A stretch of 64,000 bases of DNA, from NCBI GenBank assembly GCA_036172245.1, contig JAYWIR010000001.1, forward strand, positions 4,030,001-4,094,000. Direction: 5' to 3'. Below, in pieces: positions 26,300 to 40,100 of this stretch. Numbering within the stretch: the stretch's first letter is position 1; every line of letters begins with the position of its first letter. The DNA is from Raillietiella orientalis. Its lineage: Eukaryota. The translations under genes were made by a program, and so were the position numbers. The notes under the pieces were generated by a model. The model did no database searches, had not been told where the DNA came from, and saw nothing but the letters and a program-made list of their open reading frames with translations.

Positions 26300-27080
26300 G
26301 GAAACAGGGAATGGATCTAACGTGGGCAAAGACCAACGACATTAACCCGGAGGCACTGAAATGCCTACGATGCCCTCAGAACTCTTGGTTGCTTGCTGCA
26401 GGAGATGTTGGAAAGCCCCATAAATAACAGGTGGGTGCAGAGTATCCTACTTGCAGTATCCCTTGTCCTCCTTTCAAAAGAACCGGCACGGTGACCAGCT
26501 TGCAAGATGGGAGATTACCCGTAAAATAGCAGGAAAAAGACAAAAAATGCTGAGATGCTGAACGGCACGTCAACTTGCTAACGCATCCAACCAGCCCGAT
26601 CCACCCCAAAAAGACCTTTCCCTCCAGCAAGATCGCAAAATTCTCCTGAAAGACGTGGACATCCTCGGATTGTTTTTACATAACTCCCTGCTTCCCCTGA
26701 AGTGGAAGCACTAGGCGTTGCAATTGCTGCATTGGACGATCTCATATAAGGTGCGCCGTCACCACTGGGCAAGAAAAGTATGGCCCGGGCTGTGCCAGAT
26801 GCGGTGGAAGGGAAACCTTCCCGCACATGCTTTTCAAGTGTGTTATGCTCCAGTGTGTTCGCGGATGTTCTGCTGCCTCCCTAGACTCTCTGAGAGACAA
26901 ACAAAAAAGTCTTCTGGAGCGTCTCTTCACTCGCGGCGTAGATAGCAGCTCTGCGCTGCTTGCGCGGTGTCGTGGCATTGGCCATAATCCACAATGGCCG
27001 AGACCAGACGACCAGAGACGCCATCCGGACGGTGGTCTTCCTCTGGGAGATGACCACAAGATGGCTGCATCTCACTCTTG
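26300..27080 (+). mobile_element. Decayed LINE 3' end with a zf-RVT-like zinc motif
   Basis: 'CARCGGRETFPHMLFKC' (~26790-26842) matches CxxC..ET..H.LF.C of the L1/Tx1 ORF2 C-terminus, preceded by 'LQLLHW'. Confidence 0.65.
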
Positions 27081-27499
27081 GTAAAGAGAAACCTGACATC
27101 ATCCAGCACCGAAGACTGCAAAGGATGCAGAATACGCCAGAGAGGTCTCGGGAATCCCTTTCTTCGCATCCCAATATTCTTAAGAACAATTTTTTTCTCT
27201 ATTCATTTCTTGTTTGCTCCTTCCCTCATATTTTCCCAACGCGGACCTTTCAATCAATCTGTTCCCCAAACAAGAATCTCATCCAGAACGTTTATCGAAA
27301 TGGCGGGATTGCAATTCCACTGCGGAGGACTCCTGCTTTTTTTTTTTTTTTTTGAAAGACAGTCTATTTGTAGATGTGTACCTTTTTGTACAGTAAACGC
27401 CCCGACGTGACCGTGAGGGAACTCTGTTACTTTTACGTTTCCTTATCACAGCCACAGTCGGAAAATTTCGAGATCCGAATATGTCTTGCCACATGAACA

Positions 27500-29700
27500 C
27501 GCCAGGGGGGGGACATCCTACAAGGATAATGAGGAAAAGCAGCATTCTAAGTCGTCGCTATTCGTGAGGGGGAGTAGGACAAAGCAGCTACTCCTGGCAA
27601 AATGCGTGGGCATGGGGATTTGGGCGCAAGGGAGCAGAACGGGGATCTACAGTCACATTTTCAGATGGACTCCTCAAGAAAGGCTGCTGGGGGATCAGTT
27701 GGAGATGCGAGGTTTCTGCCGATAGGTTCTCGAGACTGCAACGGGCCCGAGCAAAGTTCCCTGCTTTCTGGAGGCTGGAAAAGAGGGAATGAGGCAGCAA
27801 GTTCGTGAGGTTCCGATGTCCAAGCTGAGAGTAGAGTGTGCCCATCCCATCTATGCAACCAGCAATTTCTTTCCATCCGGATGACTCATGGGCTGTCTCC
27901 GTGTGCAGAAATGGCTTCCTTGAACTCGTGCCCAACAAGCACCATTCAGGGCTGCAGGGTACACATTTCATGGTGGAGAGAGCTGCCCAGACCTAGACAT
28001 GAAGGTTCCTCCGCTTATTTCGTGGAAACCATGAAGAAACCAGCTGATCTGACAGATCCGGAAGACAGGCGCGTCCATTTCCGGTCTTGATTTTTGAGGC
28101 TGGAGCACGCTGGGTGTTATCGTAACTCACCGAAGCTTGCACGAGAATGTGCAGAATGGAAGATCATGTCTGTTTGATCAACACCAAACATTCATGACGA
28201 AAGCGCATGATAATCTCTCGTTTTTTTTTTGCAATTCGGCAATCTTCTGTCAAAAAGGCTTGCTGTTTGTCGACCCGTACTTACACGCACTCATCAACAC
28301 TGGTTCCTAAAAGCTACGAAAGATGATCCGAAAAGGAGAATGAGGGATTGACAAATTACCAAGATTATTGGATCCTTGTTCACATCTGCAATTAAGCTGA
28401 ACATCGGCATGATTTAATGAGCATCTGAGCTGCTCGGGAACTTGGTGGCTTTCTTCGAGATGCGTGCGCAAGGGCTCATTCGGTTTCTGCACAGCAAGGA
28501 TGTTTGACTCCGTGGAACTCTCTAGCCAAACGATGTTTGAAATTCATCTGCCATACGAGAATTTGACCGTTAATTCATGTTGTTCTTCAAAGACGTGTTC
28601 TATATACTGGTGACTCCGAAATTCGGTGCAGAGTCGTCTTCATGCCGCCACCAATACGATGAAAATTCATCGGTTCCCGGTTTTGAATGAGGCCAGTCGC
28701 TCATCAGGAGCGCGTGCACTGGGGCCAAAACATCCAGGTCCCATCCTCAACCAATATGTCAACAACCCACAACCATGGAGAGGCATGACGAGCTGCTGTC
28801 GCAAAGCATTAAGGACTGGGAGCTTCGACACCGGCTACTCCAGAAATGCACATGAAACCGAAGGAGCGTCTGGTGCCACGGACAAAGGAAAAGTACTTGT
28901 GCCAAAAGATCGTTAGCCTGTATGAATACTCAGCAACGTCTCTGGAAAAGGCGCTGCCAAAGAGGGACAGCAAGTAGGTAGGACTGGATCCCTACTTCGC
29001 CTTCAAAGTTCGCGACTGCGAGACCAATGGTAGTGGTATTTCGGAATACAGAGAGCGAAAAATGCTCGTAGAACTGACCAAGAGATGGGAGAAAAGGGCA
29101 CAGAAATTAGAAGGGTCAATTGCTTTCGAACGTCCAATATTGTCGAGATGAATATTGGAACCATCATGCGGCTGACTTACCCGTTATGAAAGAACCCTAG
29201 AATAAAGCCTCGCCATGAGGGTGAGCTGATGCGAGAAAGATGCAGGGAATTTCTCTCCCTCATTTATCTCAGTTCCTTTTCTCGACAAAATTTGGGACGA
29301 ATTCCTGATGAAAATCTCGTTCTGTCCATCGAATTCTGTCTCTCCTTCTTTCCTTATGCTAAATGAAGCTCCCGCTTTTCAATATGCAACCCATGCACTT
29401 GGGAGAAGGACGAATGTTTTCTTAAGATCTTTTGCTTGACATGTCCTGCAACGGCGTAACTCCCAACGGATTATTCAAGTGCCAGCTGGAATTTTTATAG
29501 GCATTATAAGTAACTGGGAGGTTCAGACTAAGTACAACAACGAAATCATCAGGTATTTTCAAACAACGAGCTGCTGGTTTTCAAATGATTAGCCGCTCTT
29601 TCACGTCCTGTTTACTGACTTGTAGAAACACATCACGGGTATCCCAAATGGATTCTGGTAGCTACCGCAAAAGCATACGCTGTTTTCCTTCCATCTTTTT
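27500..29700 (-). pseudogene. Decayed LRR (Toll-like) ectodomain segment
   Basis: 27588..27971 contains 'LGHRNLTNLLPHSLFSSLQK' and 'LENLSAETSHLQLIPQQPF', typical extracellular LRR patterns. Further remnants lie near 28800-29160. Confidence 0.6.
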
Positions 29701-29849
29701 CCTTGTTTTTTGTTTTCTGGTTTTCTTTTAATTGGTTCTTACGTACTGAAGAACCGTTCGCCTAGGTACTCACGAAGCTCTTTCATACTGTCCAAGCCAC
29801 CCGAGGGTGCATGTTCACTCTTCAGGCTAGAGGGTGCCCCGTGAGGGGA

Positions 29850-30395
29850 TCAACCTATGAATCCAGGAAGACTCCGGAGGAAGGGGTACGTTCTTCTTAG
29901 GCTTGAGATGGGATCCTCTACCTCACTCTCTCTGGAGGGATCCAGGGGAGCCACGTCATCATTTCTTCTCCAGAGGTAATTAGCAAGGGAACTGCTCCTT
30001 GTTACTCCTCCTCTGAAGGAAACTTCGAAGGGACGTTTCCATATTTCTTTGAAGGGCGCTCCTCGAAGGAAGCAGTGCACTTTCTGACACTCTGGAGAGA
30101 TACCAACCAGTTCCATGGCCCCATTTTTACGACCAGGGCAAGAACTCCGGAAACGGTGCTCCTTGATTCCTGGAAGGAACCCCGGAGGACCAACTTCCAA
30201 TCCCGGCCAGCTAACAGGGGTATCCAGCTTTCACCAGTGCCGCACCCGAAGCCTATAAGGCCAACCAACGTCGTCTTGCCGGGAAGACTCGAAGCCTAGG
30301 ATACATTTCTTCCGTCCATCCTTTCCCGGGCGGGATTACGAACCCGCAACGCTCGGCACCATGCGCAGAGACCACAGCCATACGGCCGCCAACGC
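29850..30395 (-). mobile_element. tRNA-headed SINE-like repeat, copy A
   Basis: Body similar to 53320-53901 and 56375-56975 (e.g. ccagtgccgcacccgaagcctata). A degenerate B-box reverse complement ggattacgaacc lies at ~30333. Confidence 0.7.
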
Positions 30396-30899
30396 CCAAA
30401 GTGTATGCTGAGATGAGCGCCAAAATCACTGCTTTTTCATACGGTTGACCATCAGGCGATCTCTGCAAATGTCGGATCTTTGCTGAGTGTTGCGGCGACT
30501 CGTACGAACGAGTTCAGAGCTTCGCCGTTTTCTTCCCTTGAGTTTCCGGTTCCTGTCGGTGAACAGGGTAGGGAACACTTCTGCTCCGTATCGCCTCCAG
30601 CTCCCGAAAGTCATTCACAAACGAGCAGAAGAAGCGACATCTAGGAAGCAGACATCCTGCTTGCTTGCGTTTGGGGTTCTTGGAAGACCAATGCCATAAC
30701 TTTTTCAAGTGCAGCTAACGTCCCTCTACAGAGACTTTACATCCAGATTCCAGTTGCACAGACACTCGTCAGTAGCATCGTAAATAACGGGAAGTCTTCG
30801 CCAGTGCTGACGTGAGGACATTGGATGTCTACCTTATGCAGTCGAGTTCTTCGCTCCGTTGCCACGAAACTGCAGAACCCTTTAAAGCATTCCAAGCGT

Positions 30900-33800
30900 T
30901 TTCAGCTCAATCCACTCATCAATAAGAAATAAAATAACTGTGATACGGTTCTTGATTTTTGGATTGCCCGTGGCTTGAATCGCACCTTCCAAAGCAAAGA
31001 AGTCATGGAAGGAAAGATTTTTTACAGATTCCTGGAGACTTCCTTGCGCGCATTCCCCTATTCATTCGAATCTCCTGCTACCGACTTCCTCATTGCCTAC
31101 CACGTCTGCATTCCACCTCCAGAAAGCATTGAAGGTCCACGACGAATCTTCGGATCCCTGACCCTGGGTACGGCTCCTCCTCAACGGGGCTAAGGGTACT
31201 TTGGCAATTCAGCTGCAGAGTTGCCTCGCTTCGCCCACGGCGGTGGAACCGGCGATCTCTTGCCGGGTGCGCGGTGGCGGCCTCCATAACCCTCCCGGGT
31301 AAGGGAATATTTATTACGTGCTCATCGAACTCCTTTCGAAGGGGTCCTCTCTTCATGAAGTCCCTGCAGATTCAGTCGAGAGATTCCTGTTCCTGAATTT
31401 CCGAATTCGTATCCAGAGCTTGTTGCTGCGAGGTGCGCCGCTAACTCGAAAGGCGAACTCTCTGTTAGGCATTCCTGTACCATAGTTTTGCAACCCTCGT
31501 CGGCACTGAACTGTATCAAATGATGGATCAGCTTCTTGGATACAGTGAAACTGCATCAGAGTGGTGGCTGACCTAAGTCTAGAACTACCATTCTCCTGCA
31601 AGGAAAAAAGGAGCAACACCCCTAATGAGCAAAGGTCCACTCGCGGTGCCCTTCATTTTCCAAATCGAAACCCGGTATCTCACCATGAAGAATAATCGAG
31701 AAACATGGGGATGGCATTCCAGGCAGAATATTCAGCGAAACAGAGAGATTTATTCGGATTGTGAAAAGGTTTGTCCTCGGCTCGGAACAGCATATCCCAT
31801 CTCGAATTTTCATCAGAATGGCCACAGCCTGAAACTGCAACATCTACAACGTAAATGTCTTAAATGACAGAAACGGACCAGAAATCTATGCATTGACGTC
31901 GTTTCGGGTCAAAACTTTGGGTCAAGAGAGGTTTCCCGCTTCGGCGTCTGCAAATGATGGGGAAGAAATTGGGATCCATGGAGTAACTCAGCGTCACGAA
32001 TTCCTTTGAAAGAAACTCCAAGAAATGTTTTCTTGCCATAGGATGTTGCTGATCCATTGGAGATCCGGATTTTGTCACGGAAACGAGGTTTCATCTGCTT
32101 TTCGCAGGCAGGTTTGGCCGTGCATGCATTTGCTACCGAGCTTCATGCTTCAATCCCTTCTCAATTTAAGAAATCGCCTTTGCAGGTGCCATCAGTGTGT
32201 GCTGCAGTGCAAATTGATTTCCAAAGAGTTCAGCAGAATCATCGAGCTCGTATTCACTGGTGGAGCTTCTCGCTGTTTGCTGGCATTTTGAGAAGGGGAA
32301 CAGGTATTCTCAATGACCGCAGCTAGAAGATGCTGATCGCAAAAACAGCCGTTCCCGGGCTCATCCACGGGCAGGCACCTGTTCCGTTTCCTTCTAAAAT
32401 TCCGTCCTTATCCATTCAGTGATCATTGGTAGTTTCACTTCTATCGTAGTTATGAATCCGTTCCTGAACCCAATTCTGAATCCCGAATGAGCAGTAAAAT
32501 AACACGACAGCTTAATCCTCTCTGCCTTGTTTCTCATACACCATAAACCTATTATTTTCCATCTGAAGATTATTCTCTTTCTGTTGTGCACTGCGTTCTC
32601 GTTTTCCACAAAGAAACTGTTGTACATAAACACTCTCATTCTCCAATCTTCCGGGATTTCACCTAACATTACTCCGTTCAAGCTTTCCAGGAACGACAAG
32701 TTCCGCAGGCAAAGCGCCAAGAAAAATGCGTGCATCTCCATCTTTCATATTTCACACTTCATATTGTTCACTAAGATACCTTCAGGAGTCTCGTCACTTA
32801 TAGTTATCTCCACAGTGACAAGATAAGTCCGTATCTTAAGCCAATTAATTTTTGCAAAACTTATTTCGAACGCGATATTTTTCTGAAGCAACCAATCTTA
32901 GACGCACAGGGAGATTAACACAAATTGCTCCATCTAGTCAGACTTTGCCTAATCCTTCATAAATTTTTTCATCTGTCAAAGTCTCTCCAAGAGCCTCCAT
33001 ATTCAAATGCCTTCGAAAGCAAATTAGTTTCTTCCGATCTTGGAGAGACAGTTTTGTGCAGAAGAATTCACACTCTTCGGAAGTTCCTGAAAGTTCTGAA
33101 ACGCATCTTTTCCAGTGGGTATGATGTTTATCTTCCCGGCGTGATTAAGCAATTTCGAATTCGTGAAATGCCTCGTGCCAGAGAGCTCCAGTGAGTCTCT
33201 TATCGAGAGAAAGTTCTGGAAGCCATCGGCGACTCTTTCCGTGGTCCAATCAAGGACAATCAGAGAAACGCGAGAAGGCTATGGACTGAAACTATGGCAA
33301 TCGAGGCGGAATTCTGAGTCGGAATTTGCTTTCCAGCTGGACATTCGGAAAGCTAATATTGTGGAAGCACCTCGAAGAGCGGTATGGCATAAAATTATTC
33401 CGAAACTCGAGGTCTGGAAACTTACTGGGAAGCCATCTTGCTCTTTTGTGGACATTCGTCGAAATAACACTCTGTCATCCCAAAGAATACCGTGAGACCA
33501 CTCTCCTGGAAGTCTTTAAGTGCAGTAACATCTTGTTTATCGTCTCAGAGTCTCTGCAATTGAATGTCCAGCTGATGTGCTTCCCTCATCATCTTACGAA
33601 TAGGATTTGGAGGTGACGAAGATGATGCTATGCTGCATTCAGCTGCAGACTGTTTGGGGCATTGATCGATGGTTTGTTTTTCCTTCTCTCAACAGCGATA
33701 GTTCAATGGACGCACGTATCTTTCCAGATTCTAGCAGCCCAGACGTATGCAAAGAGGAATTATACACAGAGCAGAACGCATGAAGCTGCAATCGCCGGAA

Positions 33801-34200
33801 AAGGAACGATCGCATCCTGTTTGAGGATCCTTGTGCAGCACACGTCGGAGTCGCGGCTGATTCGAAGGTTTTTTAGAATTCTCACGACGACCCCAGGTAT
33901 TGCTGACTCAAAAATGAATTTTTCACGAAAGGAAAGAACTGGAGTCTACTGTTCTCCGGTAAAACTTCAATCTTGATCGAATGGCAACAGTTTCCTGGTA
34001 ACTCCTGGCAAAAAAATTTAGGATGGAAAAGTTCAAATGATGTCAGGATCGCCCCTTTGTTTCCGAAACTGAAATAAAAGGAGCTTCTGGAATCGAAGGT
34101 TGATGCAGGATCAACGAAATTTCTAGACAGATTCTCCACGACTGCATATTCCAAATCAAGATAAGAACCAACACCAAAACATGGAATGAAAAAAATTTTT
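30900..34200 (-). pseudogene. Decayed Toll-like receptor gene: LRRs followed by a TIR remnant
   Basis: LRR remnants 'LEFRNNF...CFHNISF', 'KDAFQNFQEL' and 'LSFLESLNGVMLGEIPED'. ORF 31090..31356 reads 'FDEHVINIPLPGRVME...IRRFVVDLQCFLEVEC', resembling Toll TIR D..FV...L.P.LE...SRRTIVVLS.NFLESEWC. Confidence 0.65.
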
Positions 34201-34299
34201 TTTTTTCATTTTATCAGCAATCTCCGTTCTTGAACTCTCTAGGCACAGGAACGACAGTATCCTCCATCTCACTCATGACCCGATCTACCAAATACCAAA

Positions 34300-36100
34300 C
34301 AAAACAGCCAATGCGATATAACCATCCTGTACCCTCTATACCCACCTTTCAAAGATCCTTGCCCGTGCAGCATTGATCTTCATCCTATCTGTACATTCTA
34401 TAACCACTTCGTAGTTCTTGAGTGCACCCGAAAGTGGGAAGAGCTTGAGAGACTCACTCGAACACTGCAGCATCAGACGTCCAAGAATGCTTCATCACAT
34501 TGCGAGGAAAAGCGATCACATGTTATTCACGAAATCTGAAGTGCTCGCTTCCGCTTCTGAGACGAATCGTTTCCACTGGGTATGATGCTTACCTTCGTGG
34601 TGTGATTAAGCACTTTCGAACTGATGCATTGATGCACTGAAGCACTTTCTTGAATATGTGATGCTAGAGTGTTCTCAAGTGAGCCTCACGGCAGAAGCAA
34701 GTTCGGGGGAAGCCATCGGTGATTCCCTGGAATCCTTCAGTGCCCTTCCAGTTTCAGTTAAAGCACAAAGGATTCCTGATTACGAGTGATCGCATGATAT
34801 TGGAGAGAACGAAGTAATCAGTCTGTCTGCATCTGGATGTCTGAGAAAAGGCAGAGGGATAAAAGCATTCATTTGCACGTTTTATCCTCCTCGCCTCTCG
34901 TCCTTTGAAGCCATGTTAAGGGAACAGTTCTTGATTTTCTGTTTGGATTCCTTCTTACCTCCTCGGTCCCTCCAAGAATCTGTGACAGAATGCGGCACTG
35001 ATTTTCAAAGGTGCAGAGCTGGAGGTCCTTTATGGAGAAAGCTTGAGTTTCCACCACGACGTCGCTCTTAAGGAGATTCTAGCCAGCGTTCAGCTGGCTT
35101 CAAACCAAGGCTCCTTTTGATACACGAAAGTTCATTCTGCTTTATTGTGCGCCTGGCATTCATTATCTAAATGTTTTCGAATTTCCACAAGGAATGAGAC
35201 TGAAAAAAGGAAAAAGGCGCTGAAAGAGACGGAAAGAGACGCTGGATGAAAACATGGAATCACTCCATTGAACAATGGTAGATGCTCTGCATCATGTCCA
35301 TCCAACATCCCTTATGAAGGATAATGGAAAAAAGAGCTTGATGCATGAAAGGGAGCAACTCGGTCAATCAAAGGTTTCTTTTTTCCTAGAAGCAAGCAGC
35401 AATTTTCTTCCCGAGAAACCGTTCAGTGTATTTTTTTCATTCCAGGAATTTTGAAAGAAGGCTTAAAGACGGATCAGAACACCTCCAGTAGTCTAAAAGT
35501 TGGGATCGAATGGAAGTTTTCCCGATTTCCCGACCACTCGAACCGTTTTGGGATGCAGAAAAATGCCTTCAAAAATTCGCTCGAAATGTATTGATTCCGT
35601 GGAGTCCATACTGTTTTTCCTCTCACGTGTCTTTAGGGATTCCTCAGGAATAATCCCTAAACTACTTTGCATCCTTTTGGGAGAATCAGCACACACTTGC
35701 AGATTGTGAGAATCCTATGCACGCACTTACACGTACTTATATCCTGTACACATGCTTACAGGTTGCGAGCCTTCTCGACCCCATGCCAGTCAACTCTCTC
35801 GTAGGAAACTCAACTGGAAACTTCGATGTTAGATCGATCCGATTGAAAATCTAAAACCCAGGTTCCTCAGGGGAAGTTTGGAACAGGCGAAGGGGTGAAC
35901 AGAGGTGACAAAACGGCAGTTACGAAGAGTAGTGAAAGGATGACAGTGGGTATTGCAAAAAGAAAATTGAGAGAAGAGATACCAAGGTTAGCACGGGAAC
36001 ACGAGGGAGATCGAGTAAAGTATCAATAAGAGTATCAGGAAGGATTTGGAGATCAGAGTTCTGAAAGTTATGGCTCCGGTTCTAATAGATTACTGAGGTC
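34300..36100 (-). pseudogene. Further decayed Toll-like fragments (LRR paralog segment; possible TM/TIR)
   Basis: 34555-34725 aligns by eye with 33094-33235. A hydrophobic stretch 'AIPTVILSLLFVTAVLSPLF' lies near 35895-35960. Confidence 0.4.
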
Positions 36101-37035
36101 TGAGAGTGATTCCTCCTTTCCATCCGAAGTCAGGCAAGGAACACAGAAAGGCGTGGTTGCGTTTCGTGTCCTTTTTTGAGACACCCTCAAAACGTGCGCT
36201 GAACTTTAACAAGGAAAAAAAAAAAAAAAAATCTTTCCTCAGTCATTTAGGTCAAGAAATCAAAACCGAACTCATTAAAGGAGTGACATCTTCCTGGGAA
36301 AAGAGGGAGAGAGTTTCTGGATTCCACAGTTATTAATCCAAGATCCCAAACTCCATGAAGCATCGGATTTTTCACCAAATAGCCCCTAAAGTGCGATTTG
36401 CAGTTTCGGTTCACTCGACTCTAAGGAGCTGTTGCTATCACCTTCGAAATTCGTAAGAAAGAAAGATTTTATTCACATTTTAATAATTCTACTTGTTTTT
36501 ACTTTGAAGTCAAGACGGGGAGCATTTGTTTGTCCATTTCGTTTTGTTTTATTTTCCGGTTAGAAGTACATTCCTGAATGTGATCTTAAGCATGCGAAAA
36601 TTCCAAAAGGAATGGGAGGCCACGAAGAAGGTCACTTATCTGGATTCAAAGCCCGTGGGTGGTCGTGTTATAAAACAAGGGAAGCATCTTCATGTCTTGA
36701 GCGCTAATCTGAGAGAGCATACAAACGCACCCAGGTTCGAAGTTGCTGTGACTGAGCGCTTGGGACCACAGAAGAAAGCGGCCGAAGGTAAATGGAAAGT
36801 TTTCATGAAATGTCTGCTGCAGATAATAAGTGCACGAACTATTAACCTGATTAATTTAGATAGGGAGCGCGCGATAGATCAAACTTGCTCTGAAATAATA
36901 GTTTAACAAGTACTTTCCGTTTTTCCTTTTTGGAAAAAATAAGCATTAGATTCACTTCATTCCGGTTCGACCCCGGGTACCAGAGAAAGTTGGTCCAATC
37001 TTTCTGTTCCTTTCCTTCATTCCAAGTTCAAAACA

Positions 37036-37700
37036 TCAGCGCTGACATTTTTTTTTTTTTTTTTTAGCATGGTGTGAATCGAAGACATCAGTACAGAGGT
37101 TCTTGAAGGCATCCCGCTTTCCGAAAGCAATACTAAGAACTGAGTGCTTTGCAGCATCTTTGAAAACATCAGCTTCCAAGTCCTTCTGGCATTTTTCGAA
37201 ATCGAAGATTACGACCGGTTTCCATGAGAACAGGAGTAGAAGGTTGCTGGAGAAAGAAGCCAGGAAAGTGTCATAATGAGCTCTCTCCAGGATGTTGCAA
37301 TATCGCTCCAGCATCTGAGTCAACGACGCAAGGATTGCAGCAAGTAGCAAAGCAGCAATATCTCTGAAAGTATCTGAGATTTGCATCAGAGATCAAAGTT
37401 GCTTGCTGAATCATGTTCTTTCGGTGTACGAAACACTTTTGCAGGTTGCCGATTCCCTTTAGCATTGGTTTCATTCGAAAACTTGATCGTTCTTGCATGG
37501 AGGCGGAGGCTTTGGTTCATCAGGCAGCGCAACACAATCGCAAAGCCATGAGATGCAATCAAAGCAGAACTTGAAGACAAGAGAAATGAGTTAGTGAAGT
37601 TATTGATCACAGCACCAGCAGCGTGGAGAAGAGGGAAAAACGGAAGAAAAAGAAAAAACAATGATAAAAACGAATAATAATCAATAAACGAATTCGAGGT
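37036..37700 (-). pseudogene. Decayed LRR gene N-terminal segment
   Basis: Hydrophobic leader-like 'FLSLFFLFLPFFPLLHA', then the LRR remnants 'LEADVFKD' and 'KRDAFKNL'. Confidence 0.5.
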
Positions 37701-37759
37701 GTTTACAAACTTTCGCCAAATGGCTTTTGATCCGTTCAAGCATTTAGCATGGCGGACTG

Positions 37760-40100
37760 CTATCCAAAGTGCCTTGAGAAGATGAACAAATGATGGATAA
37801 TGCTTTCATGCTTTACAAACCTTCGATCAAAGCTTTTCCTCGTCTTTTTCATCTCGTCTCCATCTACAATTGGTGCATATAAAACGACAAAAAAATGTGG
37901 CATAATATGTATACAGATACGGTCATATTTGCACATATTATTCGAATCGCAACTCAAAATGGTGAAAAATCGGAGACCGCCAGACAATTCCTCATGCCTT
38001 CCGGAAGTAATCAAGAGTATCAGCAATTTCGGGATTTTGTTTCCTAAGCTGTTAGCAGGAAAAATGATTGAAGGATCCGGCAGGATTTTGGAGGATCAAA
38101 ATGTGGTTGTGAGCTTCTCGTAGCAACGAAGGTGAGGAACCTGAGTGATTCTTGCGAGCCAAGGGTGATGGCATCTGCGATTTCTCAAGTGCGCTGTAAA
38201 GCTGCAAGAATAAACAGCAGATGTGGAAAATGTCCGAGGCGGCATGAAGAACAAGTCGCGAGGTACGTCGACACGGACTCTCACGCCGATGTGTGGCCGC
38301 ACATCTGTGACCGCAGATCAGTTGGTCCGCGAGATCATGGACCCTCTGGGGAAGACGCCGTGAAGGGGTCGGAAGGAGAAGCGAAACGGAGAAAGGAGGG
38401 AAGAGGTTGGGGTAGCGGTTTCCTGCAAGGGACCGAACTCGGGGAGCAGATGCTTGGAAAGTCTGGGACGCACCTCCTCCCCGTTCAAGGAGCCTTTACC
38501 ACTTTGACAAGTGGGATTCAGGGAGCGCGAGAAGCGTCGCTCCCGGAATCCGGGAATTAAATACTCCCGAAAGCAAGAAACACGCAAAAAAGGAGAGAGA
38601 GGTGACGAGAATACACGAGCAAGCCCTTGAATCGGAGAAGAACTCTAAGAGAGCTCCAGAAACTAAATGAAATAAAAGGCAAACTTGCTTGCTATGTTCC
38701 GCTCACATGCGTGACAGCGCAGAGCATCAAATTCTACTCTCTTCGCTCCCAGCGAGCTGACTTACGTCCTAGAAACTATCGCATCGGCTGCTCTGTACCA
38801 CTTTACAGTTCTTCAAACCCTTAGAGTTAGCTTTTACTGGAAGGAAGGTTCCTAAAAACCATTTCGCAGTAGGAACAGTGTTAACTGGCAGCAGTGCCTG
38901 CCTATCAGAAGGAAAAGTCGGACGCAAGAGGAGAAAGAGGAAGGCAAGGATGAGAATCATGAAGCCCGAGTAGGAGACAGCTGCAACCACCCCGTCCTGC
39001 AGTTCCTACAGTCTCCAGTTCCATTTTCAGCCTTTTCTTCCAGAGTGTGACTTCAACAGTGGTTTTCTTGAAATGCTCATGGGTGGTGCATGCAAAAACC
39101 AAATCAGTGCGGTGCAGCTTTCTGCGGCAGCTGGTCTTTCGGGTCTTTCTAATGTTCTCCAAGAAAGCACAGATCTGAAGAAGAGCGCACACGTGGAACC
39201 TGGGGGTGAACAAGCAATGGTAAAGGCGATGTTTCCGTCACAGCAAAAGAATCCTGTTGATGCTTTCCGTTCGTGCAGTTGCATCAACTTGTGTAAGAGG
39301 TCGATGTGAATACAAGGAATTTTCAAGAGAGTAACAGCTCATCTTCCGTCGCTCAGTGCTCAGAGCCCCGATTGAAAGGGGCGATTAATCAAATAGTTAA
39401 TCATCACGAAGGTTTAGGTCATTCGGAAATCGAAATTATCAGAGGTGTCCTGGACTTCCGGTCCTTATGCTACATTTGCAGCCGTGGAGATGCCCTGCTC
39501 ACTTCAAACCCGGTCTGAGAGTTCCAGGTCAGATTTTTCTCTTCAACTCTACTCGGATTCCTCCAAAGCTTGCACCTTTGATCGCCTACTATTCGTGACA
39601 GCCGCATCATCTTCGTTGCCACGCCGCTCCCTCAAGGAACAGTGAACCGTGAAAAATCGATTCCACGCGAGCTTCGGGTAGCCACAGATGCAAGCCACGA
39701 ACCAAGGAAATCATTTCTGGAAGATCGCCATATGTCCAGGTAGGTCCGGAGCACGGGGCGATCAGCCACGAGTTGGCGCGGAGTGCCACCTCGCCAGCGA
39801 GCCACGGAACCTTCCGCGTCGCGAAATGAAAAGACGATACGTGACAATCAGCAAAGAGGCTGTCCGGCAGATGGAGAACAAAAAGCAATCCCTCATAAAT
39901 AATTCACTGCTAAGCTGAACAAGAAGTTGTGCATGAAACCTGGAATTTCTTGCCAGCAACAAATCAAATAACACACAGTAAATCTGCTATTCCCATAGAA
40001 TAGTGGCAAGCGTTCGATTGAATCCGTGCCAGACGGGGCAACAGGGGAGGCATTCGTTGGCTTGCATACCTGGGTCCTTTCACAATGGAGAAGATCACCG
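37760..40100 (-). pseudogene. Decayed Toll-like gene with an LRRCT-LRRNT junction and a possible juxtamembrane/TIR start
   Basis: 38905..39213 reads 'FHVCALLQICAFL...ACTTHEHFKKTTVEV...GGCSC'. Also 'IDLLHKLMQL', and 'DEKDEEKL' near 37830-37855 resembling the acidic stretch before TIR box 1. Confidence 0.55.
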
